Shown piece by piece: positions 1 to 14,081 of a stretch of DNA of 64,000 nucleotides. The notes beneath the pieces are model-generated. The model had not been told where the DNA came from. It saw only the letters and a list, made by a program, of their open reading frames with translations, and did no database searches. Position numbers and translations under genes: made by a program. Every line of letters starts with the position of its first letter. Position 1 is the stretch's first letter. Source of the stretch: Eledone cirrhosa (Eukaryota); the NCBI GenBank assembly GCA_964016885.1, contig OZ024743.1, forward strand, positions 7,254,001-7,318,000. The letters run 5' to 3'.

Positions 1-2223
1 TACGTGTGTAGCTAGATAGCTAATTTATAATGATGACTTACATGTCATATACCAACTCTTGTTAATAGGATGGATACATCAATGGGTGGTTGGATGGATG
101 GAAGAAGAACATATACAAGCAAATATTTCATCTAAGGAGCAGACAATTCAGGATCACATAGCCCAGAAAATTCTAAATCTATGCAATATAGTATATATAA
201 TATAATCTTTAATCGTCAGTATTGGCAACTATATTAAATTAAACACAATCTCATTTATTTGTTGATAACCTCTCATAAATAGTTTGTAAGTCATAGCACT
301 GAAACATGTTTTGTGGCTTCTTCTATTATAATTTACCATAAACTCCCTTCCCTCTTAAATTCTGTCAAATTCATTAACATTATTGGCTGCTGACTGAAAT
401 TTCTCAAATGTTTTCTTAATAACATTAAACATGACAAACAAAGAATAATTACAAATCAATAACCATAAATAAATCTAAATTTTTAGTTCTTTACTCGTTC
501 ATTTATCTTTGTTAGCCTAGTCCTTCCTTAAAAACAACAACATAATTCTGCTAACTTAATTCATTCCTACAACTGACAACACACAACTATTCCTAAAATG
601 TGACAAATAATCTATTCTGGCTCTGGTTGTTTCATTTAATATAGTGTACATTGCCGGGTGGCTCGCTTTTGGATACAAATGTGACTGAACTTATAATTGT
701 TTATGAGGATTTGATTATACATACATGTGTATCCCTCAATTTATGAGTTTCAGGGGTTTAATTAAACTGAAGATCAACTAAGTTGATCTTTCATACGTTA
801 GAAAGATGTTTCAAAAAGTCATTCTAAGAGAGATTAAATGGAAATTTGATTTAAGAGAACTGGTGATAAACTGAATCTCTTAAATCTGTGTCTCCTGTAA
901 TTTAGAAAAAAAAGAAATGTTAAATACGAATGGTTTTATGGAGTAGTACATTGTGATGGAACAGGATAAAAACCGTATTTTTTAAATTTTAAATTTAATG
1001 ATTAATGAAATAGATGTTATGCTCGGTTAAAAGCATTCAAAATTCTTTTTTTTTTTAAACAAAGATTATCAGAGTGAAATAAATCATTTAAGCTTTGTTA
1101 TTTTCTAGGGCTGTTTCATCTTCATTAGTAATGAATGCTTTCTTTAATAGCAGATGGTTAACAGAATTAAGACTATTTTTGAATTGAACTATATTGTCTA
1201 TTTTTTAATTGAATTATGTTGTCAACGTAATTGCAATTAGTTATTTAAAAAAATATATATTACTGATTTTTAATGGTTAGCTATCATAAGTAAAAGTTAA
1301 TAATAAATAGCAATAATAACAATTAATAAAAATGAATTGCAAATTCTTACGTTCAATATAATACAATTCGAAAAGATTTAAACAGTTGAGTTTGACCTAA
1401 TATCAATCAATGTAAAATATTGGTCATTCTTAGTTTTTGTCTTAATGTTTAAATTACCCACTTTCAACTAAACTAATGTAAAGCGACATTAATTTCAAAC
1501 ATTCAAAGTATCAAGGCAATAAGTTGATAAGTTATTTTGCTTTTTAAACGACCAATAAAATGTCGAAATCACCATGCAGCTTAGAGACATAAAAAAACCA
1601 ACACTCCTCCTTAAGCAAAAATGCATGGTTTAAATGACTCGAAGAATTACACTATAATGTCTGTTTGATTTGATTCTTTATTAATTTGGACTTATGTTTA
1701 CATTTAATTCACCATGTTGGTGAAAGTTAGCAATGTGGAGCTCCCACCGCTCATTTCAATGTTTATTTGCTCACCATCACACACACAACATCGTAACCTT
1801 CCAATATTTAAACTGCAGATTATTTTAGCAAGGGTTATTTCCATATTGAACTCATTCGTTCATTCATCATTATTTTAATACCAATCCGAAAAAAGAAAAC
1901 ATTTAAAATGGCACATTTTTATCTCTAGAGATATAAATAAAAATATATTTCTTATTATTATTTACACTGATCTAGTAGTGATTACTGCAAATATTAGTTA
2001 CCTTTGCTGACGCGCAATAATCTTCAAGCGAACGTATTTAATTGACAATTGTTTTCTTTCTCTCACACAAGAGTAGTTTATTTATTTATACATATATGTA
2101 TATATATATATATTAGAGGTAGAGATAGAGAGTGAGAAAGAGAGTGCGGTACTGAGACTGGGGAGACCACTAATCATGGAAGTATTCAATGCATGGGGAG
2201 ATGCAAAGTGGGTATAGAGATCT

Positions 2224-2264
<41 letters not shown>

Positions 2265-2265
<1 letters not shown>

Positions 2266-2402
2266 TTTTATTAAAGCTAAATAGTGAGTCTTGTTAAACT
2301 GGATTTCGCTTGTTTATCACAGAGTCTTTAGACAAGATGACCCTGTGATGATAAACAAGCGAAACTCGTGTAACAAGACTCACTATTTAGCGTTAATAAA
2401 AT
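2265..2402. repeat. Imperfect inverted repeat (about 60-bp arms) between TA tracts
   Basis: gctaaatagtgagtcttgtta / taacaagactcactatttagc and tttcgcttgtttatca / tgataaacaagcgaaa. Confidence 0.85.
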
Positions 2403-2559
2403 GAATATTAAAACTCTACTTCGGTACTGAGTACTCCTTTTACTCAGCCGTCAACCACATACAGATATGTAATATATAAATATATATATATATATTACTT
2501 CTTGCCCGAATCAGTATTTCCCAACCTCGTCTCTACCCCTCTTCATCCCTCCCTTCCAT

Positions 2560-2763
2560 AGTTCTCTCTCTCTATCGACGACGCAATGAATGACGGTATA
2601 TTTCTTACTACCATTCACCGTCACGTGATTCCTTACATCAACATTCTGCTGTTGTGATCTCTATCCTCAAACGGAAAACAAACTTCTATCAGCTTCTATT
2701 TAATTGCAACTTGTATATGTTTTCTACTTAGTGCAAATGTATCCGTAAATTCAAGTTGACATG
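2560..2763 (+). promoter_or_regulatory. Probable promoter and first (5'UTR) exon of the zinc-finger gene
   Basis: Local CpG enrichment, E-box GTCACGTGA (2620-2628), TTACATCA (2633-2640) and a consensus donor ATG|GTGAGT at 2763/2764. Linkage to the ZNF CDS is inferred. Confidence 0.45.
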
Positions 2764-4184
2764 GTGAGTATTTAGTTAAAAAGTTGCGTACTTTGGATAT
2801 TAAAAATATATTTCTCTCTCCACTCATCGTTGTCATATCTAATGGCGCAGAGAAAGCTTCTCATAAAATATATTTAAACGCAACTAATATCTCCTTTCCC
2901 CTCATCCTGGATCATGTTAATATGTTAAGCTACACTCATAAATACGTGTAGAAACTTTTCAAATAAATTTACGTTTTATAGATATCTATTAATCTGGTCT
3001 AATTAGTTTTGTACTTGTTACTTTTCTTTCATTACTCAACTATTTCTGTGCGGAATATTTTTTTGTTTTTGTTGGTTTTGTTTTTTAAATTTGAAATTGA
3101 ATTTAGTTTATTCTTAACTTTGATCTTGCATATAAAAAACTGTAAGATAAATTGTCTTTGTGGGTCTTCTTTAGCATGTAACAGGGTTTAATATGTTTCA
3201 ACATATCTGAAAATTAAAGTTGTCTTACAATTTCCACATTAATTTAATTAAAATAGTTTGATTTTGAAACAAACAATACCGTTTCTTTATTCTCAGATAT
3301 ATATATGTTAATGACATGATCAACCAATTCTCTGAAACCATTTTCATTAAAGTTTTTATAAAGTTTAACTTTAGTATTTCATTCTTCTAGCAGCAAACAT
3401 TTTTTTTAGTCTAATAATTATATAATATGAGAAAATTTTCGTGAAATGTAGTTTTTTTTATAAATACCATGAAAAAATGAGATACAATACCAATAGAAAA
3501 TATAAATGAAGTTTATAATTTACAATCCGTTCATTGTTTTGAAGTAATGCATTCACATATGTGGCCTGCCATTTACCATACTGCTTGATACACAGTTTTA
3601 TCAAATAGTTACCCACCCACATTACTGCTTTTATTAATCAGTCTCCATGCATTCACCATGGAATTATTTGGTCTAACTTCTAGGTGGTTTTCACTTCAAC
3701 TATTTCATTATAATAAATACATTTTCTTTGTCTTAGTTCTACTCAATCTAAACTTCTCTGCAAATTGACTTTTGATCAGTTCAAATGACACCTAAATATT
3801 CTAACATGTTATCTTAGACCACAGAATGTAGTCATTAAACACAACATATTGCTATAATTTATTGTGCTTACTTGTTGCACAATTAAATTGAAAAAATTTA
3901 CATATATTTTCATTTGTATTACTCTTTTTTGTGTTAATAACCATTATTCTTTCATCAACATAACTTCAATACATTATTGGAACATAATACTGGAGACTTT
4001 CTTTAAAATATCAATGTTGTAGCTAAGTTATTTTTCATGAAATAATGCTTGTTAACACAATAGTAATGAGTTCTGAAGGAAGATACTGTACTATCTATAC
4101 ATTGACCATTTGTAATAGTTTGTGTCTGTCTACATACACTAAAATATCTGAGATCTTATGTTAATTTTTACATTCTCATTTCAG

Positions 4185-4216
4185 ACCTTAGATACTTCAA
4201 GTGAAAACTGAAGTAG
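4185..4216 (+). other. Probable 32-nt 5'UTR exon of the zinc-finger gene
   Basis: Acceptor ttctcatttcag| and donor tag|gtatgt. Confidence 0.4.
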
Positions 4217-5864
4217 GTATGTTTTGTATGAGCAACAAATTTTATATAATTTGTATTTTCTAACTGATAAGAACAAAAAGGATTTTGAGAATATATGTGA
4301 CTTTTTATGAACATCAGTGTAGTTTTAACTAATATAATGTAATATTTCTGTAAAAAAGTAAATTGGAAGAAGAAAAGTATGAGAATGATGAAAATAAACA
4401 GATGGGGGAATAATTCAATCTATTTATAGACTAAAACTAAAATTTTATGCAAGTAATACTGTGAAATAAACAATAGATCCCTAAACATGTTCGAAATGGA
4501 ACTAAAGGGATCAAGTATTTTAGATGGCTAAATAAATATACATTAAAAAATGTATGTATATGTAGTATAGATCGATCAAAAGATTATTCCATATGGATAT
4601 AATTGAAGCAATAATGCTACTTTTAGATATAGTTTCAAATATTCTATAGTTATATGCTGGATAAGAGTAGATTTTGTAATGGAGAGTTGTGTAGGAAGAA
4701 TTCCTAAGTTCATGGAGGCCCTTTAACTCCTAATAGAATTCTAGGAGTGCTGTATTAACATATGGTGATTAAACCTGGCAGTGCCCATCTTTCTGCTGGT
4801 CTGAACACACTTGATTTCTTCCAGGAAAATGGAGAGAGAGAGCAATTGAGAAAGAGACAAAGGAAGAATTGACGCCAATACTAGACTGGTACTTTATTGA
4901 CCTTGAAAGGATAAAAGTTAAGTTAACCTCGATGGGATGGCAGAGCCTATTTCCCTTCAGGTCTGAACACAGCTGCCTTCTTCCAGACAAAGAGAGAGAT
5001 AGAGGAATAATGAACCCCTGTACTTGACTGGTACTTAATTGACTGCAAAAAGATGAAAGGCAAAGTTAACCCTTAGTAGTGACCGATGTGTGTATTAACT
5101 ATGAAAGAAAGACTATATTGAAGGTCATAAATGTGGTAAGATAAATAACGTTATACTATTGAAAGACCACAGATATCAATAGACTAATTTCTCTTTTTTG
5201 ATGGCTTTTGCATCCTAGTGTTGTTGGAATATTTGTTTTTGCTATCTGTTGCCCTTATTAGTTCTTTTACTATGAAGTAGAAATCAATATTTTTAGTCAG
5301 AAGATTATGTAACATTGATATAAGCTATCATATGTAGGAAATCTTAAAACCAGCTGTTCAGAAATTATAAATACTCTATTCTTTTACAACTTTTAAACCA
5401 CATGGTATAGATATAGAAATTAGAAATGCAAATCTATAAACCATTTCATCTTCTCCATCTTTAAATAATGTTCATTTTATATTGTCTACTCAAAATATGA
5501 AGAATATTATGATAGTTTAGATTTTAGCAAGACCTGTTATTACCCCATTCTAGCTTATTTGGCATTTGCCATCTGATTTTATGCTTTCAAATTGTGTTTT
5601 GAAACTTTAATATTCATTGTATGTATGACGTTCTCTTTATCTTTCTTCTTTCAGCAACATTACTAGCAATAGCTGCAGCACCATCATAAAAAGATCTTGG
5701 AATTTGAGTGGTTAGAACTAATATTAAATTGAACAAATTGTAATCATGTGAGCTATGCCCATATGCTGTCCTAAACCACAGGACAATCATCTTAATATGT
5801 TCAATATAACCATGGCTAGATAGCTAATTAAATAAAGTTTCTTACATAAAATTATGATAAAAGG

Positions 5865-5868
<4 letters not shown>

Positions 5869-5926
<58 letters not shown>
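5869..5926. repeat. (TA)n microsatellite; others at 2227-2261, 10599-10632 and 10847-10879, with (CAT)n at 10881-10917
   Basis: Seen directly. Confidence 0.95.
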
Positions 5927-5931
<5 letters not shown>

Positions 5932-5935
5932 CACT

Positions 5936-6160
5936 TTAACCCTTTAGCATTTACATTACTCTATATATATATTTTATTATATTTTCACGGTAAAGGCTTT
6001 ACCTCATAATTATCTCATGTAATATTGAATCTATAAGATTTTGATATTATTTATGTTGAGAACAAACAATAGCTTAACGTTGGTATGAGGGGCTGGTTTG
6101 AACAGAAAGAGGTGAGAGAATTCTGATTAGATACTGCTGGTTTAAATGCTAAAGGGTTAA
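5936..6160. mobile_element. piggyBac-like MITE
   Basis: TTAA|CCCTTTAGCATTT ... AAATGCTAAAGGG|TTAA. Other copies at 12774-12978, 13593-13931, 14566-14772, 30935-32778 (split by CR1) and 53889-54210. Confidence 0.75.
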
Positions 6161-7279
6161 AACAAACAGTTTTGATTGTAGAACCAGGGTCTATTTTAGG
6201 TGGTTTATTATGAAAAGGATTAACTCTGGCATCTGATAAAATATTACTTTCGTAGATCATCATCAAATGTTTAGTCTTGTGGGATATTTCAATAAAATGA
6301 TGAACATCTAAAACATTAGATAGCTGTTATTTCATAGCATGATAAAGGTATTATTGTATACTATGCTTGTGTCAAGTGAAAGAAGTAGGGATTTGAGGAT
6401 GGTTTTATTGGAGATTTTCTTTCTGGAATGTTTCTAACACTTGTGAATATTTATTTTAGCTGCAGAGGTTAAATGAGCATAGCCATGAACTGCGCAAGTG
6501 ATTTGCAAGTATGGTGTAGATAATAATGTAGAGAGCACTAGTTATAATTAGTATATTTAGTGATTTTATGTATTGTAGTAGTTGAATAATGTATGGTAAA
6601 TATATGTAACATTGACAAGTTTAGTTGATATAAAATGACTCATCATCATGACTACATTTCAACACCTTTTTCAATAGATATGGAATAATAGAGAATAATT
6701 CATAGTTCATATCTCTACTTCATTACTAGTTACTTTGGATAGTTTTCATGTATTTCTCCATTCTCATTACAAGTTGATCTAAGCTAGCCCTCTCTCTTGC
6801 TAACAACACATTTTCTTCAATGTCATTTCCTTTTTGTGTAGTTCATGTTCTTACTCTCAACAAACAACATAATTACTAAGAGTTGAAAAATTTATTTTTG
6901 TTTTGCTTATGGATGTTTTGAAGCAGTCAGTACACTATGTTAGAATTTGGTATATTCCTGTTATAGTTTCTTATGATGATGGAAAAAAAAAACACACAGA
7001 GAGAACCCATGGCTGAAAATGAGTGGCACAATCTTTACCACCTACACAAGGTAATAACTCAAGAATTAATGTATACCATGTGTAGTCTGAAACAATAGGA
7101 GTCACTAAAATGTCCAATTGTACTCTAAAAAGTGGTGCTGCTAATAATTGGCTTCTCAGCAGGTGGACAATCCAATCTACTCATAGATTGCAATGGATAC
7201 TGGCATAACATAGTTCTAGACATGGCGCATGCAGCTGCAGTTTGTGAAAGCTGTACTAACTTTTAACATCAACAAAGAA

Positions 7280-8615
7280 GGGCTGCCCACCCACAAGTGA
7301 AATGATCCTTAATGCCCAAGTTATAATCTTGAACTTAGATGAGGGTTACCCAAAGGCATGACCATTTTGCAAATTTGCTCAAATTGTGACCTGTCTACCA
7401 ACCAGACTATCTGCCCACACATAGGCTCCACAGATACCACCCCTTATACATGCAATTCAAATGCACCAAGTGTTGAGGAAATGTGTGAAGTTAACCAGAA
7501 ACTGAAGAACAACAAAGTTCAGGATGAATATTTACGTACTGAAATCTTGAAGTGTTTTGATGTCTTGGTCCCCCTGGCTGCACAGTGTGATTACATGCAT
7601 CAGATATGATGTCTGCTCCATGATATTGGAGTGATGCTGTTCTTTTTCCTTTCTTCACGAAAGGTGATAAGCACTGTTGTAGTAACTATTGGGGCATCAG
7701 TTTGATAAATATTGCAGTGAAGCTATTCATCATCATTCTTCTACAAAGATTTCAATGAGAGTGATCAACACACCTGATCAAGTCAGTGTGGTTTTTAGTA
7801 TGTTCAGGGCTGCACATATCAAATCTTCTCCTTGAGAAGGGTTCTGGAACAATGCTGGAGCTGGCAGTAGTAAACGATCACCCGTTTTCTTGACTTTGCA
7901 GTAGCTTTTGATTCTGTTGACTGCCGCACACTCTGAGATATTATCGCAGATGAGCTGCCTGTAAAACTGCTAAATTTAAGATACGAGCATACAGCTTTAC
8001 ATAAGCAAAAGTTAATTTTTAGGGTGAGGGATCTAACTCCTCTGAAATTTGCTCAGGTGTCCAGCAGGGCTGTTCTGACTCTAATACTGTTTAATTATGC
8101 CATCAATTGGATTGCAGAACATGCTGATGACCTTGCAGTAGTTGGCAGTTATGATTTTGAATCTACCGTTGAATGTCTCCGTGTGTCATGTTGTCAAGAC
8201 AAAGATACTGTTTTCTTAGCATCTTGCCTTTTGAAAGGGTCTATGTCACTCCACATTCACTAACACAAGCCAAGGTAAAGATGCATCCACTATGTGCATG
8301 CTGCATTCTATCATCTTCAAGGCCGATGCTGGTCTAGGTCAGAGATTCATCTTGCCACAAAAATCCACATCTTACGAGAGTAACAGATTTACACCAGCTG
8401 GAAATTTTATTAAAGCACTGCATTTTGTACCAAACTCTGAAATTTGTTATTGCTGCTGCATCGATTCCTTTCAACAGCTCAACTAAAAAAAGCACACTCA
8501 GACACTCATGAGGTGAACACTGCTGTGAATGTATTGGTTGGAGACAGCTCAACACTGTCAGAAGTACAAGTAAAATGATACATAGTTAAAGGCAAGTCAA
8601 CTTGGTAATGTGTGT
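7280..8615 (+). mobile_element. Highly degenerate non-LTR retrotransposon RT region (RTE-like)
   Basis: Remnants KGDKHCCSNYWGISL, QCGF, FLDFAVAFDSVD and HADDL across frames with stops. Confidence 0.6.
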
Positions 8616-8617
8616 CA

Positions 8618-8925
8618 TACGCCAAAACTACACCTGATGTACCCCTTCCATACACATGCACACATGTGTGTATCATGACTCGTGCACTGTTCATTTTACT
8701 GATGTTTGTGCATTGCCCTATGTACTGTACATGCACTTTTTTGATGAGTTGTGGTGCACCTGGGCACTGTGCACAATATTTTGTTATTGTTACTATATCA
8801 TGACTCCTACACTGTTTATTTTCCTGACATTTGTACATTATTCTATGTACTATACATGCACCTTTGATGAGTTGTAGTGCACCTGAGCACTGTACACAAT
8901 AATTTCATTATTATTATTATTATTA
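8618..8925 (+). mobile_element. CR1 3' end, duplicated-3'UTR subfamily
   Basis: Matches 29846-30150. Confidence 0.85.
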
Positions 8926-9039
8926 TATATATTTTCAAGAAGGCAACACCTACCATCTCCCCTCCCATACACATCCCTTGCTGTAATCATCCCACCCCTA
9001 TACTTACATGCCCAATTTCCCAGGCATCTTCCCCTGTAG

Positions 9040-9420
9040 CCACGACAAAAGTGCGCAGCTCACACTGTAAAGTGGTCGTGTAGATGTCATGACAAAAAGT
9101 ATCCAATCTACACTGTAAAGTGTTTGTGTAGGTGTCACGGCAAAAAGCACCCAGTCCACACTGTAAAGTGGTTGTGTTAGTGTCATGACAAAAAGCGCCC
9201 AGTCCACACTGTAAAGTGGTCGTGTAGTGGTCACGACAAAAAGCACCCAGCACACACTGTAAATGTGGTTGGCGTTAGGAGGGCATCCAGCCGTAGAAAT
9301 CAAGCCCAAATCAGTTCTGTGAGAGCAAAACGCGGTCCGCCGACCTGATCTCTCACAAAGGGACAGTCTTTCCTATCCATGCTAGCATGGAAAATAGATG
9401 TTAAACGATGATGATGATTA
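9040..9420 (+). repeat. RTE/SINE tail with about 5 tandem ~49-bp subrepeats
   Basis: Repeated cacactgtaaagtggt..gtca.gacaaaaagc.ccc then the standard tail and (GAT)n. Confidence 0.7.
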
Positions 9421-10596
9421 TGAAGCATGTTTCTTAAAAATCTTATTTGCTGATATTTTTATATTTATTGTATGTATGTACAAACATTGCATTTCATATT
9501 TATTACTCAATTGATGATTATTATAGATGCTGTTTTACTTGTTAATTTGCTGAACTCACATATCCTTGTCTCCATGCCATCTATATATGAAATTGTAACT
9601 TCAGCTATGCTATCTCTGGCCTCTAAATTTATCTTTAAAACGCAGTTAACTCTTAACGTCCTGTACCACGTCAAACCGCATTAGCAAGACATTCTCAAAA
9701 AGCACAAAACAGCATTATAACTGCATCACATTAAAAATTGAAGTCTTTAGTTTATTAGAAATTTTCACGACTGTAAAACTACTATAAACATTTGTAATAA
9801 GCCTATATTTTAAAGATATTTTTTCTTAAATTATTACAGGATGTTAAGAGTTAAATATGATAAATGTCACTATTAGCATTGTTTTTTCATTATTATATCA
9901 TTTACTACTTTTGTCAATTTTAAACTGTCTCATTTACCTTTATTATTTTTTCACATTGTAATGTATTTTTACACTTACCAATGTTGTTGCTTTCACCTAA
10001 ATATAATTAGAAATTGATATACCATAGAAAGCTTGCTAAACAAAGGGTTGGGAGGATTTTAGTTGTGTCAAGGACATGTCGACCTCGCTAGTGCTGGTGA
10101 TCTACACACTAAAAGCACCCAGTACAAGCTGTAAAGTGATTTGTGTTAGGAAGGGCATCCAGCTGTAGAAAGAAAGCTTGCCAAACAAGGGGTTGGGAGA
10201 ACCCTTCCGTTTGTGTCAAAAAGACATGACAATTTTTCCTATGCAATTGATAGTATGTATAACCGTATGTAAGTAGGATGCAGATTCCTTGGTCTGTCTG
10301 GGAGGTCAATAGCCTCCTTCAGTACTGACTTGGTCTATGTAGACCCATCCAACCCTTGCTAGCAGGGAAAGTGGATGTTAAATGATGATGATAATACTGG
10401 AGATGATACTTCAGTAAAGAGAGGCTTTTCATCCCTGCATGAAAAATTTTATATTAAATTTAGAATTGTTATTCAGGATTTCTCTGATAAAATATATTTA
10501 GTTTTATGTCATAAAATATATTTAATTTCTTTGAATTTTATTTTAATGACTTGCTCTTTAAATTTGTCAATCAAAGCATTCAATGAAAGAAGCAGG

Positions 10597-10634
<38 letters not shown>

Positions 10635-10724
10635 AGTTTATGTTGGTTGTATACCAACACCTCAGTATGCAGGCTGGAGCACTCGACGAAGTGCGCAGGT
10701 TGGTTTGGTTACTCCGGAGTAGTG

Positions 10725-10841
10725 TAAAATAAAGTTAAATAAAAGTCAAATGATTAAAATTTAGCTTCGTTTATTACTGCTATATATATATAGCAGTAAT
10801 AAACGAAGCTAAATTTTAATCATTTGACTTTTATTTAACTT

Positions 10842-10848
<7 letters not shown>
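10725..10848. repeat. Perfect 124-bp palindrome centred on (TA)6
   Basis: Arms 10725-10780 and 10793-10848 read as exact reverse complements. Confidence 0.9.
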
Positions 10849-10918
<70 letters not shown>

Positions 10919-11014
10919 CCGTTTTACATCCGTTCTTCCATGCTAGCATGGGTTAGACATATATATATATATATATATACATGCAGAATTGTTATTCAGG
11001 ATTTGGAGGATGGA

Positions 11015-11350
11015 GGCACATGGCTTAGTGGTTAGAGCATTGGCCTTGCAATCGATAGGTTGTGAGTTCAATTCTCAGACCAGGTGATGTGTTGTTTCCT
11101 TGAGCAAGACACTTTATTTCACATTGCTCCAGTTTACTCAGCTGTAGAAATGAGATGATAGGGACTGGGGTCCCTATCATTCCACTGCAAACTGGTCGTG
11201 TAGGTGCCACGGAAAAAAAAGCACCCAGCACTCACTGTAAATGAGGTTGGTGTTAGGAAGGGCATCCAGCTGTAGAAATCAAGCCAGAATCAGTTCCCGT
11301 CCCACCCTTGCAAGCAGGGAAAAGCGGACGTAAAATGATGAGGATGATGA
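11015..11350 (+). mobile_element. tRNA-derived SINE family 1 with RTE-type tail
   Basis: A box tggcttagtggtt, B box gagttcaattctc; 3' half matches the RTE 3'UTR at 42710-42980. Confidence 0.8.
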
Positions 11351-11669
11351 TATATACATGCAGAAGGCAAACAAATAACAAAGCAAACGACACACACACA
11401 CACGTGTATATATATATATATATATGTGTGTGTGTGCAGAAGAGAAGACTGCGATAATTGGGCATGTGATGCACGTGAAGGATGACAGCTGTATAAAAAG
11501 GTGCATGGTGCTTAAAGTTGTAGGGTATCTTGGAAGAGGAAGACCTAGGAAGATGTGGGACGAAATGATAAAAGCTGACCTGGCATAGCTGAACCTCTCG
11601 ATGAAGTGACACAGGACTGAGACCTCTAGCGTTACAACGTACAACAGATGATCAAAGCCGACAATCAAG

Positions 11670-12510
11670 TCCAGCCCACACCGTAAATGTAGTTTGTGCT
11701 TAGGAAGGGCGTCCAGCAGTCGTAAAATACCAGCCAAAACACAGTCCCGCTTTGAGCAAGGTACAGCATAGCCAACTGGCCAGACCTCCCATGATGGTAC
11801 CACCCTGTTCCACACTGTAAACGTGATTGGTGTTAGGAAGGGCATCCAGCAGCTGTAAAATCTCAGCTTCTGAAATACAGCTCCGCAATGGCCAACTGGC
11901 CAGACATCCCCCATAAGGGGACCACCTAGTTCCACACTAAATGTGGGCGGTATAAATATGGTTGAGGTTTAGGAAAGGCAAAACACAGTCCCATATGAGT
12001 AAGATACAGTGTGGCCAACTGTAAATGTGGTTGGTGTTAGGAAAGGCATCCAGCAGCTGTAAAAACCTAGCCAGAACACAGGTCTCCCTATGTGCACTGT
12101 TCAGCACAGCTAACTAGTCCTTCCTCATAATGTTCCCACTCAGCTCACAAAATACGGTTCCGCTATGAGCAGGATACATTGTGGCCAACTGGCCAGACCC
12201 TCCTCATAACGCGACCACCCAGGACCACACTGTAAACATGGTTGGTGTTAGGAAGGACCAAGCAGCTGTAAAAAAACAAGGTATGGCTTGGCCATCTGAC
12301 CAGACTTGCCTCATAAATGGGACCACCCAGTCCACTGTAAATGTGGTTGGTGTTAGGAAAGGCATCCAGCTGTACAAAAAACGGCTGAAATAGTTCCGTT
12401 TGAGCAAGGTACAGCATGGCTAACTGGTCAGGCTTGCCTCATAATGTGGACGACCTGTCTAACCCATGCAAGCAGGGAAAATATGCCATTAAACGTTAAT
12501 GATGATGAGG
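11670..12510 (+). repeat. Tandemly amplified RTE 3'UTR units (about 120-140 bp)
   Basis: Recurring cacactgtaaa..gttggtgttaggaagggcatccagc..gccaactggccag. Confidence 0.65.
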
Positions 12511-14081
12511 ATATATTTATTGAAGTGTGGAAGACTAGAAACTGAGTATGTGCAATAAAGAAACCCTGAAGCAGTTTATTAAAGGTTAAGTTGAACTAAA
12601 CATGACTTCAATTTTAAATTGCTTGAATCTATAAGTAATGTGTAACGTTTAATTAAATCTGCAGCTAAACTGTTACTGAATGGATTGCAGTCTTCTTTCT
12701 CATGTTTTCCTTCTAGAGAACTATTAATGGTATTGAAACAATAATTGATAAGATAATGTACTACGTGCTTGTGTTAACCCCATTAGCATTTACATTACTC
12801 TATATTTACTATTATATTTTCATGGTAAAGACTTTACCTCACAGAATTATCTCCCATAATATCAAATCTATGAGATTTTGAGAACAATACCTTAACATCA
12901 GTATGAGTGGCTGGTTTGAACAGAAGGAGGTGAGAAAATTCTGGCTGGATATGGTCGGTTTAAATTTTAAAGGGTTAAGGAATACCTCACAATTGGTGAT
13001 CTTTATTTAAGATAAAAGTTGAGTTTCTATTGTCTTACCAATATGTGGCATGTCTATCGCGTTTCATAGAGTTATTTGACATGCACAAAAAGTGTTTTGG
13101 TTCCTTTGGGATTAAATTTTTCATGACTCATAGTCTCTCTCTTTAATTCTTCAAAGCCTTGTCCATCAATGATAATCATTTCATCACTAGTAACTGTTGA
13201 AAAATTGATCTTTGTTCTCTTTTAGATATATAGCAGAAGTGCATAAGTACAGAAAATGTTTAGTTTTGTTACATTCTCTAAATGAAGACCATAGTGTGTC
13301 CAATGAACTGCCAACAATGAAATTCAGACTATCTTTGCTCCACAAAGAAAATTTTAAGTCATATACAATATGTGTATCATGTTTTTTGGAAATAGCATAA
13401 GTCTTTGAGCTATAATTTTTAATTAGGCTGATTGTTTGTCCTTATATAGTACCAATATTCATCAAGAACATGCATAGTTTAGCTGGTTTGATGTGACACA
13501 TTTAATGTAGATGTCTCTGTCAGGATTCACCAGAGGCTCTTATTTCATTTTGTGAGAAACAATAATTTTCATCCTGGAGTGTTCTGATTGGATTAGCTCT
13601 TTAGCATTTAAACTGGCCATACCTGGCCAGAATTCTCTCACTTCTTTCCGTTCAAACCAGATATAACCAGCCCCTCATACTGACATTAAGGTATTGTTCT
13701 CAAAATAAATAATATCAAAATCTCAGATTCAATATTATGTGAAATAATTATGTGTGATAAAGTATTTAAATATAGAATAATTGTTTCTACTTTAGGCACA
13801 AGGCCAGCAAATTACCCAGTGCATTACTGGTACTTTATTTTATCGACCCCGTAAGGATGAAAGGCAAAGTCAACCTCGGCGGGATTTGAACTCAGTTTAA
13901 ATATAGAATAATGTGAATGCTAAAGGGTTAAAATCTCCAAGACATACTGTGTATCAGGACAGTTCTATGACTCCACCAGGAGTTGAGTCTTTTAGCTGTT
14001 TTGACCTAATATATGAGAAAATCATTGAAAGTGTGTGGAGATAATCAGGTGGAATGTTGTTACTTCCTCTGATATATATGA

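Noticed and set aside
8506-9309. Cys/His-rich short ORFs recurring at several loci (for example MYKCQEN.., MHTCVYHD..)
   Set aside because: They are translations of CR1 3'UTR and SINE tail repeats.
11015-11085. tRNA gene (also at 14082, 54832 and 57865)
   Set aside because: A and B boxes are present but continue into multi-copy SINE bodies; no convincing cloverleaf.
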